From assembly GCF_018143015.1 (NCBI RefSeq), contig NC_054742.1, forward strand, positions 73,449,736-73,513,735: a stretch of DNA of 64,000 nt. The letters are read 5' to 3'. This document shows positions 37,090-47,389 of this stretch, piece by piece. A program made the translations under genes and the position numbers. This DNA comes from Lytechinus variegatus (Eukaryota). Positions within the stretch are counted from its first letter, which is position 1, and every line of letters starts with the position of its first letter. The notes under the pieces are model-generated. The model saw nothing but the letters and a program-made list of their open reading frames with translations, was not told the origin of the DNA and made no database searches.

Positions 37090-37460
37090 ATACTCACAGG
37101 CCTGGGTGCCGTTTCATAAAGGTGTTCATAAGTTAAGAGCCACTTTAAGAATGACTGGTGATCCTTTCTTATGCGCTAAACCATTGCCAATTCAATATAC
37201 ATCTTACCGCAAGAAGGGATCACCAGTCGTTCTTAAAGTCGCTCTTAACTTACGAACAGATTTATGAAACACCCACCAGGTACATGTACATGTTTCGTAA
37301 TAAGGCTGTTTGAAAATTCAGAGTGACTTTACGAACGACTGGTGATCATTTCGTAGGCGCCATTATCAACATCAATGAAAATGTGGGTGTATATCATTTG
37401 GCACAAGATCGAATCACCGGTCGTTCTTAAAGTCGCTCGTAACTTAATGAAACAGCTTAA
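37090..37460. mobile_element. Two adjacent MITE copies (TIR ggtg(c/t)..gtttcat(a/t)aag..gttaagagc)
   Basis: 37090-37155 is the reverse complement of 37215-37280. The second copy at 37300-37460 has a truncated left arm. Confidence 0.6.
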
Positions 37461-37689
37461 TGAAACACCCTGAAAATGAAAATAAAAAGTCCTGTGTCAA
37501 TCAAAAAGTTTGATTAACTGCTCGTGTATCATTTTTAATTTCAAAATGATTATTTCCTTTTCGTCTTAGCATGGACCCTGCTACTACTACATAGGGTCCA
37601 TGATCTTAGGCATCTCTCTCTCTCCCAGTGGTGTGTATTTCTTTTTTTTCATAGACAACACCTCTGGCACAACGTCCTCAATGATCAAC

Positions 37690-38960
37690 AAAAGACTACT
37701 TTCCAAAGGCACTTCCTAATCACTTACAGAAAAGTTGATTGAGATATTAGTGGAATGGAAGCAGTACATGTTGTAGATGCACACAATTCATACAAAGCCA
37801 AACATTCAGGAGGATTTGTTTTCCTTAAATTATTAGTCACCACCTCTTGCTTTATCGAGATATGGCATGTGAGATGGCCAACACGTTCCTCTGTTTCTTT
37901 GGGGGGGTTGGACATCTAAAAATCTCTCTTGAGGTTACCAACATCTTGAAGGTACATGTAACAGCAAAAATGGTATGCTGTAAAATTGGGTATTGGTTTT
38001 ATTTCCCGACGATCCCCTAGATTTCTTCCAAGCCTACAGGCATCAAAGAAGGATGATGAAATATATTCTATGTAAAGCATGCTCATTCCTACACATTTAT
38101 CATTTTGAAATTTAAAAAGAAATCTTTCATCTTGGACATCTCTCTCTCTCTGACAACGTTCTCATTATACTTTCTAAAACTAGTTTACTGGAAATCAGTT
38201 CAGGAAAGCAATTTTGAAGATCGCTTCGCTAGCGTTCCCATTTTATCAGCCAAAGTGGCTTAAAAATTAGTGAGTCCCAACCTATTGCTAATCAAGATAG
38301 AGCATGTGAGATGGCCAACACGTTCCTTTGTTTCCTGGGAGGGGGGGGGTCGGATGTCTTAAAATCCATCTTGAGGATACCAACTTCTTGAAGGTGACAG
38401 CGAAAATGGTATGCAGTAAAAATTGGTAAATGGTTTTATTTCCTGATGATCCCCTAGATTTCTTCCAAGCTTATGGGTATTAAAGGATGATGAAATATAT
38501 TCAACATGTATTAAAGCATGCTCAATCCTACACATTTTTCATTTTGAAAAAAAAAATCATCTTGGGCATCTCTCTTTAAAACGGCACTCCCTAATCACAA
38601 ATAGGAAAGTTGATCGAGATAAGTGGAATGGAATTAGCAGGTATTGGTCCTTGATTCACACAATTCACACAAAGCCCTACCTTCAGGTGTTTTTTTCCCT
38701 TGAAAATTATTAAAATTCCACCTCTTGCTAATCAAGATATGGCATGTGAGGTGGCCAACACGTTCCTCTGTTTCCTTGGTGGGTTGGACATCTAAAAATC
38801 CATCTTAAGATCACAAACTTCTTGAAGTTAATAGAGAAAAATATGATATGCTGCAAAATTGGTTAATGGTTTTATCTCCCGACAATCCCCTAGATTTCTT
38901 CCAAGCCTACAGGCATTAAAGAAGGATGTTGAAATCTATTCTATGTAAGCATGATCAATT
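37690..38960. repeat. Satellite, ~430-480-bp unit x ~2.7 tandem copies
   Basis: Recurrent blocks ...cctcttgct(t/a)atc(g/a)agatatggcatgtgagatggccaacacgttcctctgtttc..tggacatctaaaaatc...cccctagatttcttccaagcctacaggcat.aaagaaggatg... occur at 37840, 38290 and 38730. Confidence 0.75.
38150..38245. mobile_element. Solo ~95-bp MITE arm inserted in the satellite unit (family of 52780-53222)
   Basis: ctttctaaaactagtttactggaaa.cagttcaggaaa...gaagatcgctt.gctagcgttccc is the reverse complement of 53135-53220. Confidence 0.55.
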
Positions 38961-39977
38961 CTACAGAGTCATATTTTTCAGATTTGCAATTTCAGATTAG
39001 GAATGTTCAGATCAAAGGATGAACTGGGCATTTGTGAAGGAAAATTGAGCTTAGCCATTTCTTATCCTTCTAGTGTTAGCTCCATTAATATTTTATTTGT
39101 AACTTAATGACACACGTGAACACAATTGTGTGAAAATGTGGGTGGGCAGTGCTCTATAGATTAATAAAAAGGCATCTCCTAAACTTTTCTTTTTCTATCT
39201 TTGTATTATTGAGAATCTCATTTTCCGTACAACCTGCTGTCAAAGATTCCCTTTTTATCCTATTCAATTTGTAATCGTAATAAAGATTAAGGAAGTTCCA
39301 CATATAATGAAATCCATGTCATTTTCACCAAATTTTGCACAGTTTTACTTTAGCACCTAAATATTCCAAATATGCAAAGATTAACGTGGATTCATGTGCT
39401 TTATTTTTTCCTATCAAACTTTGAAGTTCGCCCATTTGAAAGGTCTTGAGATATACGCAATAAAAATAATTTTCCAAATTTTTTTAGACCCGAAAAGATC
39501 ACAACCTTGAGTTTGAATCTCTATTACTCAGTCAAAATGATAAATCCATCTAAATTTCACAAAATTTTTCATCATAGTTCAGAATTTAAAAAAAAATCCA
39601 CTCATAGTCATTGATTTTTGTTTGCACTTTCAATCTTGAAAATAAGGTGTGAAAGATGACTATAACATATCTCACAAATTTGAAAGTCACTTTAACAAAT
39701 TTAAGAAGTACAATAAATGCTACACTTCATTAAAAACCCATGTCATTTGTGAGAAAGGTATACTAAAGAGGTGTGAACATAAAAAAAAAAACACTGGGAG
39801 TTCATGAGCTTGTTTTCAAACTTATCAGCAATTTTGTTAGAGCAAATGTGCTTTCAAAAACACAAAACCGCATCAAATGGTTTGTATCTACATGAGGAGA
39901 CATACTACGCCATCATCCATTTTAATCAAACCCAAGGTTGATTCATCATACTTCAGAGCAGTGCAGAGTAAAGTATT

Positions 39978-40280
39978 GGGGGGGGGAGGGGGGGCTTCAT
40001 GGTCTGGTGGTTAAGACTCTCATCTTTCAATCTGTGAAGGAAGTGGGTTCGATTCCCAATCATGGCAGGTTTTCCTTCAGCAAGAAATTTACCCCCATTT
40101 TGCTGCACTCAACCCAGGTGAGGTAAATGGATACCAGCAGGAAGAAATTCTTCAAAAAGCTGTACACACCGGAATCGATAGGCTAGCTTATTAGCGGGTA
40201 ATATAGGAGCGCCTTGAGCACCTAGCAAGGTGGATACGTGCACTATACAAATCCTTTATTGTAATTTATTATTATTATTC
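39978..40280 (+). mobile_element. tRNA-derived SINE, full length, (ATT)n tail
   Basis: tRNA-like head ggcttcatggtctggtggttaagactc...gggttcgattccc, then the body ttccttcagcaagaaatttacccccattttgctgcactcaacccaggtgaggtaaatgg, then ...gagcgccttgagcacctagcaaggtgg...cactatacaaatcc..(att)n. This 3' part resembles the Deu-domain SINE class (from memory, unverified). Confidence 0.75.
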
Positions 40281-40439
40281 TGAAGAGATAAAAATAACTA
40301 ATTTTGAACCTAACCATTTTCATTCTTCATTTTGTTATTGAACATGCCCCCATCCCCCCCCTCACCAACACATAAGTATGATAGGATGAATCGGAAGTGG
40401 AGCAGAATAAAAAAAAATAAAAAGTAGATGATAGAATAT

Positions 40440-40740
40440 GAAAATACTTACCTGATTTTCTTATTTACGAGATAACTCATACATCTACTTGATTTGCTAG
40501 TTCAGCCCTCTGGACTGCCATACCCGAATAGAACTCCCAAGGATTTAAAAAGCGCGAGAGCGCGCCCTCTCCCGTTCAGGCTTACTACCCATGATCACCG
40601 CGCAACTAGCGTCCATCTTCCTCACCTTTCGCAAGCCCATACGTTGAAACATGTTGCTACGCAAGGCGGAGGGTCGGTGGGAGGGTATCAAGTAGATGTA
40701 TGAGTTATCTCGTAAATAAGAAAATCAGGTAAGTATTTTC
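40440..40740. mobile_element. Minimal (cargo-free) member of the hairpin-tip TIR family: 52-bp perfect TIRs flanking the ~180-bp Y module
   Basis: 40440-40491 (gaaaatacttacctgattttcttatttacgagataactcatacatctacttg) is 52/52 identical to the reverse complement of 40689-40740. The module Y at 40503-40682 lies between them. The tip is itself a small hairpin (gaaaat-acttacctg-attttc). Confidence 0.7.
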
Positions 40741-41214
40741 ATAATTTACTTCAATAACTCCATACATCTACTTGATTTGCTAGACCAGCACGGACTCAAA
40801 CCGTAGGGAGGCAAGTTTTCAATTGTAAGCCTAAGAAAATTTTAAAAGAAAAAAACAAAAACAACGAAATTTAGGGAGAGGGGGAAAAAGCCGCAGCTGC
40901 TTTAAGCGCCGAAGCAGCAAATCTCGCCTCGCTGGACGGAATGTCCTTCAAGTAGAAAGAAGTGAAGGAGTTAGTTGAGCGCCAAAAGGCGGCCCTCAAA
41001 AATGTCCTCGAGAGGAATGCCCTGTATACTCAGGAATACTAAGTATCATGGGCCCTCGGCCTAGTGTCAGGAGAACAACATCACCTGCTGACTAGAGCGT
41101 AAGAATCGAAATTTGTTGAAAATTTCAACAAGAATCGTGATCGGAAAACTGAAGCTTTTAAGGCTCAGTAAGTGATCAATCGACCAATCTGAGAAGGCGA
41201 GATATCTCAGAACC

Positions 41215-41420
41215 CCTACCGAAATTTAAGCGTGCCGCTTGCTAGTAACTAGCATGCGACTAGCAGGGCACTCGCTTAATAAGCGAGTGCATGCTAGCGA
41301 ACAGTCCCTGCTCGCTAAAAGATCGCTTAACTATTACTCTGCACGCATATCACACGCTTATTAAGCTAACCGCATGCTAGTTACTAGCATGCCGCAAGCT
41401 TGCGCAAGCTAGTCGTACGC
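41215..41420. repeat. ~200-bp imperfect palindrome near the left end of the cargo
   Basis: gcgtgccgcttgctagtaactagcatgcg...gcactcgcttaataagcgagtgc... on the left, and ...cgcatgctagttactagcatgccgcaagcttgcgcaagc on the right. It contains nested perfect sub-palindromes (ctagtaactag, ccgcaagcttgcgg-like). Confidence 0.7.
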
Positions 41421-41449
41421 TTCCCGCAAGCTTGGAAATTTCTGTAGGG

Positions 41450-44400
41450 GAAGCCTCCGCGTGGGAGAAAGCGCCCAGAATTCGATATCTGTCTCAAATG
41501 CGTGAGGGCAGAAATCTGCAGAATTCTGATAGAGAGCTGTGGTAAAAAGTTACTAGCGGTCCGAAGGGGACCAGGAACGACGGAGAGTAGGGATTTAGGA
41601 AGAAAACCACTCGTAAGGCAGACAAGGGTCGAGAAAGCGACTGAGTGCCATCCTGTTAATAAGGAATGCCGCGGACATGTTGCCTATGTAGAATAGAGCA
41701 GTCTGGTCAAAACAGCTCAACCGGGCGTGTCAGGGATACAGCGCGGTACACATCACGACAAAAGTGTGTTAGACCGAGTGATCGAGAGAGAACTCAGGAT
41801 CCCCTTTCTCCCATACTGATTGAAGCACCCATCTGAGGGTGCAGTGCCCGCGGTGGAAGAGGTGGCTTGGCTCAAGCCACCATCGCCGAGAGAGCCCGTG
41901 AGGCTAGGCTGCGATGGCTGTCCGCTGGGCGGGGGAATCCCGAGCAGCAGCAAGTGTACGCCAGAGGGAGCTGGCGAAAAAAAATCTGTCACGATATTAC
42001 GTGTAAACGACCATCAAGAGATGCTCTAAACGAACAGACATCGCCAGATATGATACCTCAACCGTTACATTCCCAACGGAATCGAATGAGGTAGCAACGG
42101 CCCTGTCCTATCAAGTTAGGGACGGAAACTGGCTAAGAGTGTCGAAGTCCTCGCTTGAAGAAACAAGCGAAGGAGACTTGAGGAAGTAATCACAAAATTT
42201 CCATCAGTCTGCGGTGAGAACCAGTTGTTTATGAAAACAGTCACAAGGCCTGTTTCTCAGGTGATCGTAAGAGCGAGCACCGCCGGCGCCGGTTGCGGCA
42301 GCGTGGAACAGTCCGATATCGGTAAGATAAGGAGCTCCAAAAAGCGGGGGGGGGGGGGGGGCGGCAAAAATGACGCCCTAAGCAGCGGGGGATGAGAATC
42401 TAAATTTCTAAAAGAAGAACTCCAGTGAAGTAAATCACTTACATGGAGAGGCTCATCCACAGTCGGCCCGGGAGAAGGCGGGTCGTAGTGATCGTGGTTA
42501 GGAAGGCATAAGCATACATCCATCCACTGTTACATCATCCTCGGTCGTGCGGTGACCCTGGCCACATGCCTTGCATGGAAGGAGGATGAAAGCAGCATGC
42601 GGGGCGACTCGAGTGTGCCGTGAAAAAATTTCTAAGAAAGAAGCCGATTCGACTAACGGGCACGGTAAAGACATCCACCGTAGACCACTCCGCACAAGGA
42701 GGGAGCGGCGGAGACGCCCGCAAGATTGACCCACATAGAGGGCAGTCTATAAGATAGACAGTTAGGGCTCGACCGATGGTCTGGCGGTGTACAGTTTGGT
42801 GTGAACTCGCCGACCCGGTACGGTGGGTGTGCCCAGAAAGTAGGCATAGAATGCCGACAGAGAATCCTGGGGCTTTAAACAAGTTTGAACGCACGTACAT
42901 AGCCAACAATCTCATGAGATGTACGGCGGTTACTTTCCTCCGAGATGATGTTTACCCACCGGGAAAGACTCGGGGAACAGCTGTGAATGTCAACAGGAGG
43001 GATATCTAGCATATGAAAAGCTGATTCCTTCCACGTATTCGGTGCGGGTGCTGCCGGCGGTGTCCGGGGGGACGACCGGTGATGGCAGCTCGGGCAGGGT
43101 TCGTACGAGCCGCCCGAATACGAGACAAATAGGTTAACATAACCATAATGCACCGGGTGGTGAAGGCATAGCGATTATTAAGCACAGGAGAACTTTTAAT
43201 CGCCGTGACATTCAGATCCGATATACATACTCATAAGCTCGGAGAGCTATGAGATAGTGAGACATACCGCTGAGCGGTGATGGTGCTCATATCAGAGTCG
43301 CCCTCTCTTCAGCGGCGATCGCTGGAGAACGGGTGTCTGTACTATAGCCCTGACTCTGGCGTTGCAAGGGTAGGAGCTAAGTAAGACAGGGCACCCTTAC
43401 TTTCGAATAGAAAGTGAGGTTCAGGCCAGAAAAGCGACGGTCCCGTCGCCTGGGCGGACGGTCCGCGGACGTGATAGGTTGTCCTCTCAAAGCAGCCAAA
43501 CATTCTCACGAGAGAAGTGCGGCATGCGGTATGTAAGAGATTCATACCTCCAATCTACGGGCCCGCTTAGGGGGAAGAATGGAGAGAGTTACCGCTGAAG
43601 GAGTCGTCGCCGTATGTGAGCTTGACGTAGAGGGCGAATTCGGGAGTACCTGCATAATAATCGCCCCCCCCCCCTGCCTCTGCCTTCTCGCTAGCCTCGA
43701 GAGGCTTGAAAATTTCGAGACGGCCGCGCGGAGCCTGGCGCTTCCGGGCAGCAGCAGAGCGGGGGTGGGTTACACCCACGGAGCTGGCGGCTTCCTCGTC
43801 GTAGGAGCCGCCTCGTCTAGAGCGACCCCGTCACTCTCCGAGACCCCCAATTCGGCCGATTGAGCTCGGAGCGCCTGAAGAGGCGGGGCGAGAAAATATG
43901 GACTCCCTTGCTTCATCAATACCCCCGCTCGGAGGGTAGATGTGAGGTAGATACTTGTCAAGCAGCGCCTGAGCGCTTACTGAAAAGTCGCCCGCGGGAT
44001 AGGGGTTGTCCTCGTAAAGGGAGTCTCGCTCTATGGACTGAACCGGGAGGTTGTCCAGTAAGCGCCGGGGTGGCCCCGCGTGTCGGCTGGGACACGTGCT
44101 CTGAGATCGACGAAAATGCTGGAAAGCACACGCGATCTTGGGGCACCCGGTTAGTCGGTGCACTGGCTGGCGATTTAACAGAATCGCTCGAGGATTTCCC
44201 GGGTGTCTGGTGGTTATTGCCCACTTGTCTCGCTTGATGCTCAGGGGCATCAGCGGGGTGAGTAGACGTCGAGGGTGGGGTGAACCCGCACTACTCGAAA
44301 GCAGAATGTAGCAGCATGAATAGCTGTGACATCTGACCACCGACACAAGGGTCTGAAGGAGGGACGCCCATGGCAACAGGGCTGGCGGACCTCACCTTCG

Positions 44401-45600
44401 ACCTCTTCTTCTTCGCGGCCTCCGCCGGTGTGGCCGGGGCAGAAGAAGGCACAAGAGGCACGGGTGATTTCTTACGATTTGCCGCCCCTGGCAGGGCGGC
44501 CGTCAACAACGAAACTTCACCCGAATCTGACGGGGTCAGATTGTGGTCACAGTCTGATGTGTGACGCCTCTCGCGGTAGCAGAATGTAGCAGCATGAATA
44601 GCTGTAACATCTGACCACCGACACAAGGGTCTGAAGGAGGAACGCCCATGGCAGCAGGGCTGGCCAACCTCTCCTTCGACCTCTTCTTCTTCTTCTCTTT
44701 CTGCGGGCTCCGCCGGCGTGGCCGGGGCAGAAGAAGGCATGAGAGGCACGGGTGATTTCTTACGATTTGCCGCCCCTGGCAGGGCGGCCGCCGACAATGA
44801 AACTTCACCCGAATCTGACGGGGTCAGATTGTGGTCACAGCCCGATGTGTGACGCCTCTCGCGGTAGCAGAATAACAGCACATAACATCTATGCACAGTA
44901 GACATCTGTGGCCACCGATAAGAGGGTCTGAAGGAGGAATGCCCATGGCAACAGGGCTGGCCGACCTCTCCTTCGACCTCTTCTTCTTCTTCTTATTTTG
45001 CGGGCTCCGCCGGCGTGGCCGGAGCAGAAGAAGGCACAAGAGGCACGGGTGATCTCTTACGATTTGCCGCCCCTGGCAGGGCGGCCGCCAACAACGAAAC
45101 TTCACCGAATCTGACGGGGTCTGATTGTGGTCACGATCAGATTGTGGTTACAGTCTGTGTGACGCCTCTCGCGGTCAGGGGCTGGGCGATCTCTCCCGAT
45201 GCTGTCAACGGAGGACGACTTATACGGCAGAGATCCTGACCTGTGCCGGGGGGAGAGAACCGCACTCTCCCTCCGGACTTCTGGTGACCCGGTAGCCGGT
45301 GGGTCGCATAGCCCTATGGGTGCTGCGGCGGCAGGACCTAGTTTAGGCTTGGAAGCCTTGGCTACCACTTTTTCCTTTGTCCGAGACCGTGGCACCACAG
45401 TCTCGGCCTTCCTTCTCTTAGCATCCGACCGCAAATTCGGAATGCTGATCGACGCACCCTCATACTCACCGCCGCTGGGCGCTCACCGCGGCGTCCCTCC
45501 TGCTCGCCTGGAGGCGGCCGACTTCTGTAACTTGCAATCGGGACGGTCCCCGTGGAGGGCACCAGGTCCTCTGGGGCTGTGTTAGTCCCATTCAAAGATA
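41450..45600. other. GC-rich (~55-65%) apparently non-coding cargo block
   Basis: Sampled 60-mers give 52-68% GC, against ~33% in the flanks. Six-frame ORFs are all 210 codons or shorter, overlap on both strands and show no recognisable motifs. CpG is not depleted. Confidence 0.6.
44296..45170. repeat. Tandem array, 3 copies of a ~290-bp GC-rich unit
   Basis: Units begin agcagaatgtagcagcatgaatagctgt(g/a)acatctgaccaccgacacaagggtctgaaggagg and end gtgtgacgcctctcgcggt. They lie at 44296, 44578 and 44868, and the third is more diverged at its 5' part. Confidence 0.85.
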
Positions 45601-46063
45601 CCTCTCTCTACCCTGAAAAAGGAAAAACAAGAATTTTTCTTTTTCTTTTTTTTTTTTTTTTTTTTTTACAAGATCTCGCTTAGATTAAAAGTGGAGACCG
45701 GAGTGGTCTTTCCCTCCTCCTAAAAGGAGTTTGTTTGAGCAAACAGAACAAAACAAGAGGGGAGGGGTAGGGAGGAAGAAGAACCTAAGAATAGTTAGGT
45801 ATCTGCCTGTAAGAAAATAAAAAGGAGATCGGAGACTTTGAAAAAAGAAACTCCTACAAGGTTCCCCTACTATATTCTCTTTTTTGTGCCCGAAGGAAAA
45901 ATTCGAAACAAAAATTCAAAAATGAATGCAAGTTCAGAAGAGAACGAAGTTTCCACCTGCGAAGAAACACAAAAACAAGCATTTCAGAGCAGGAAGAAAA
46001 GGGATTGAGAGACAAATAATTCCAGATAAGAGAAATTTTACGATAATTTCCAAGAGGAAAAAG

Positions 46064-46099
<36 letters not shown>

Positions 46100-46420
46100 C
46101 CTCCTGTGGAAAGGTAAAGAAATTCAGAACAGGAGGAAGGAGGAACGTCTCTAGTAACGATTCCAAGAGGAAGAACGACACAGTAAATCCTCAAAGGGAA
46201 TCGTAGAGCCCGCCTGTCGAAATAAAAAAATATATAAGACTAGGAGGGAAGAGGGAATTGAACGAAGAAAACAATTCCGGGACAGGTCAAAAAAATTCTA
46301 ACAGGAAGGAGACCCCACCTGTAAAGAACAAAAATTTTTTTTTTTTTTTTTTTTTTTAGGGGGGATTGAATAACCAAACAATCATCAGGTATAATTGCGT
46401 AAGCCGAATTAAACAATCCC
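45600..46420 (+). repeat. Purine-rich (A/G on the + strand) low-complexity block with poly-A/poly-T tracts
   Basis: Runs such as gaaaaaggaaaaacaagaa, a30 at 46070-46100, and degenerate ~70-bp repeats of the ..cctg(t/c)gaa...attcagaacaggagg.. type. Confidence 0.7.
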
Positions 46421-46429
46421 CGAAGCGTC

Positions 46430-46690
46430 TGTGAATAAAATATTAATCAAGAATTTTATTCAGAACAGAAAGGAAAAGGAATTGAGCTTAGGATCCGCCT
46501 GTGAATAAAATATCAATCAAGAAATTTATTCAGAACAGAAGGAAAAGGAATTGAGCTTTAAGATCCGCCTGTGAATAAAATATCAATCAAGAAATTTATT
46601 CAGAACAGAAGGAAAAAGGAATTGAGCTTTAAGATCCGCCTGTGAATAAAATATCAATTAAGAAATTTATTCAGAACAGAAAGGGAAGAG
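46430..46690. repeat. Minisatellite, ~63-bp unit x4 (gatccgcctgtgaataaaatatcaatcaagaaatttattcagaacagaaggaaaaggaattgagcttta)
   Basis: Near-identical copies at 46432, 46494, 46557 and 46621. Confidence 0.85.
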
Positions 46691-47389
46691 AATTGAAGAA
46701 TTAATCAATCAATAATCAATCGAAAATCTTAATAATTCAATTCCAGAAAGCAAGGAAGGAACAGAGTTGAAGATCCCAACCTGCAAAAAGAAATAACAAT
46801 AACACCCTCGACAACAAAGTGTAGAGGCTGTCTAGAAATTAATTCAAAAACGGCACCAAAAGCCACCACGCTTTGAACGTGAAGAACAATAACCATGACA
46901 GGTGGTGAAGGCTTGCTGCCACGTAGGCAGGCCAAGCCCGGTGCCTCGCGAACGCGCTAGCGATGCGGCGCGACGAGAACTCAAACGTTAGAAAAACAAT
47001 ATAAGTGTCACCAAAAACACGTCTAAAAAGTCACGCCAAGTGTAAATTCTGAACACAATCTTACACACAAATGGAAAGATTGAAATTAAAAGGGAGAATG
47101 CACCACAGATAAGCGAAAATAATATACCAAAGCTCAAAAAGATTTGAGCTCTTAGGAGACTTATCTGAGCACGTCTTGACAGGTGGCTTGCCGAAAGCAA
47201 AAGAGGAAGATGGACGCTAGTTGCGCGGTGATCATGGGTAGTAAGCCTGAACGGGAGAGGGCGCGCTCGCGCTTTTTAAATCCTTGGGAGTTCTATTCGG
47301 GTATGGCAGTCCAGAGGGCTGAACTAGCAAATCAAGTAGATGTATGGAGTTATTGAAGTAAATTAAAAAAAATACAGAAGCTAAAAGAA

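Larger units (their letters stand above)
40743..47386. mobile_element. Cargo-bearing member of the same TIR family (~6.6 kb), non-autonomous, no ORF longer than 204 codons
   Basis: 40743-40783 (aatttacttcaataactccatacatctacttgatttgctag) is 41/41 identical to the reverse complement of 47324-47364. The Y module reappears inverted at 47165-47323, about 95% identical to 40503-40682. The outer TIR homology continues, diverged, to about 47386. There is an abrupt GC shift inside. Confidence 0.6.

Noticed and set aside
40440-40740. A U1 snRNA gene or a spliced-leader RNA gene (because of ATACTTACCTG and the CAG|GTAAGTAT donor)
   Set aside because: Only the first 11 nt match U1. There is no counterpart of the U1 stem-loops and no Sm site (RAUnGR). 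The 'exon + GT' arrangement is a TIR tip duplicated in inverted orientation, not an independent gene, and no upstream snRNA-type PSE or TATA is evident.
44291-45434. Protein-coding ORFs of 90-204 codons on the minus strand of the GC-rich cargo (44291-44905, 44824-45105, 45102-45434 and others)
   Set aside because: They overlap each other on both strands. Their peptide repeats follow the 290-bp DNA repeat. High GC suppresses stop codons, so ORFs of this length are expected by chance. I see no recognisable motifs.
41450-45600. The GC-rich block might be an rRNA gene or an rDNA unit
   Set aside because: I searched by eye on both strands for universally conserved cores (18S GTGCCAGCAGCCGCGGTAA and GCATGGCCGTTCTTAGTTGGTGG; 5.8S GATGAAGAACGCAGC; 28S CCCGTCTTGAAACAC; 5S box motifs) and found none. 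An IGS-like origin remains possible but cannot be shown from the sequence alone.
44296-46690. A CRISPR-like array (regular direct repeats)
   Set aside because: This is eukaryotic context. The units are 290 bp and 63 bp with no unique spacers between short repeats. They are ordinary tandem or minisatellite repeats.
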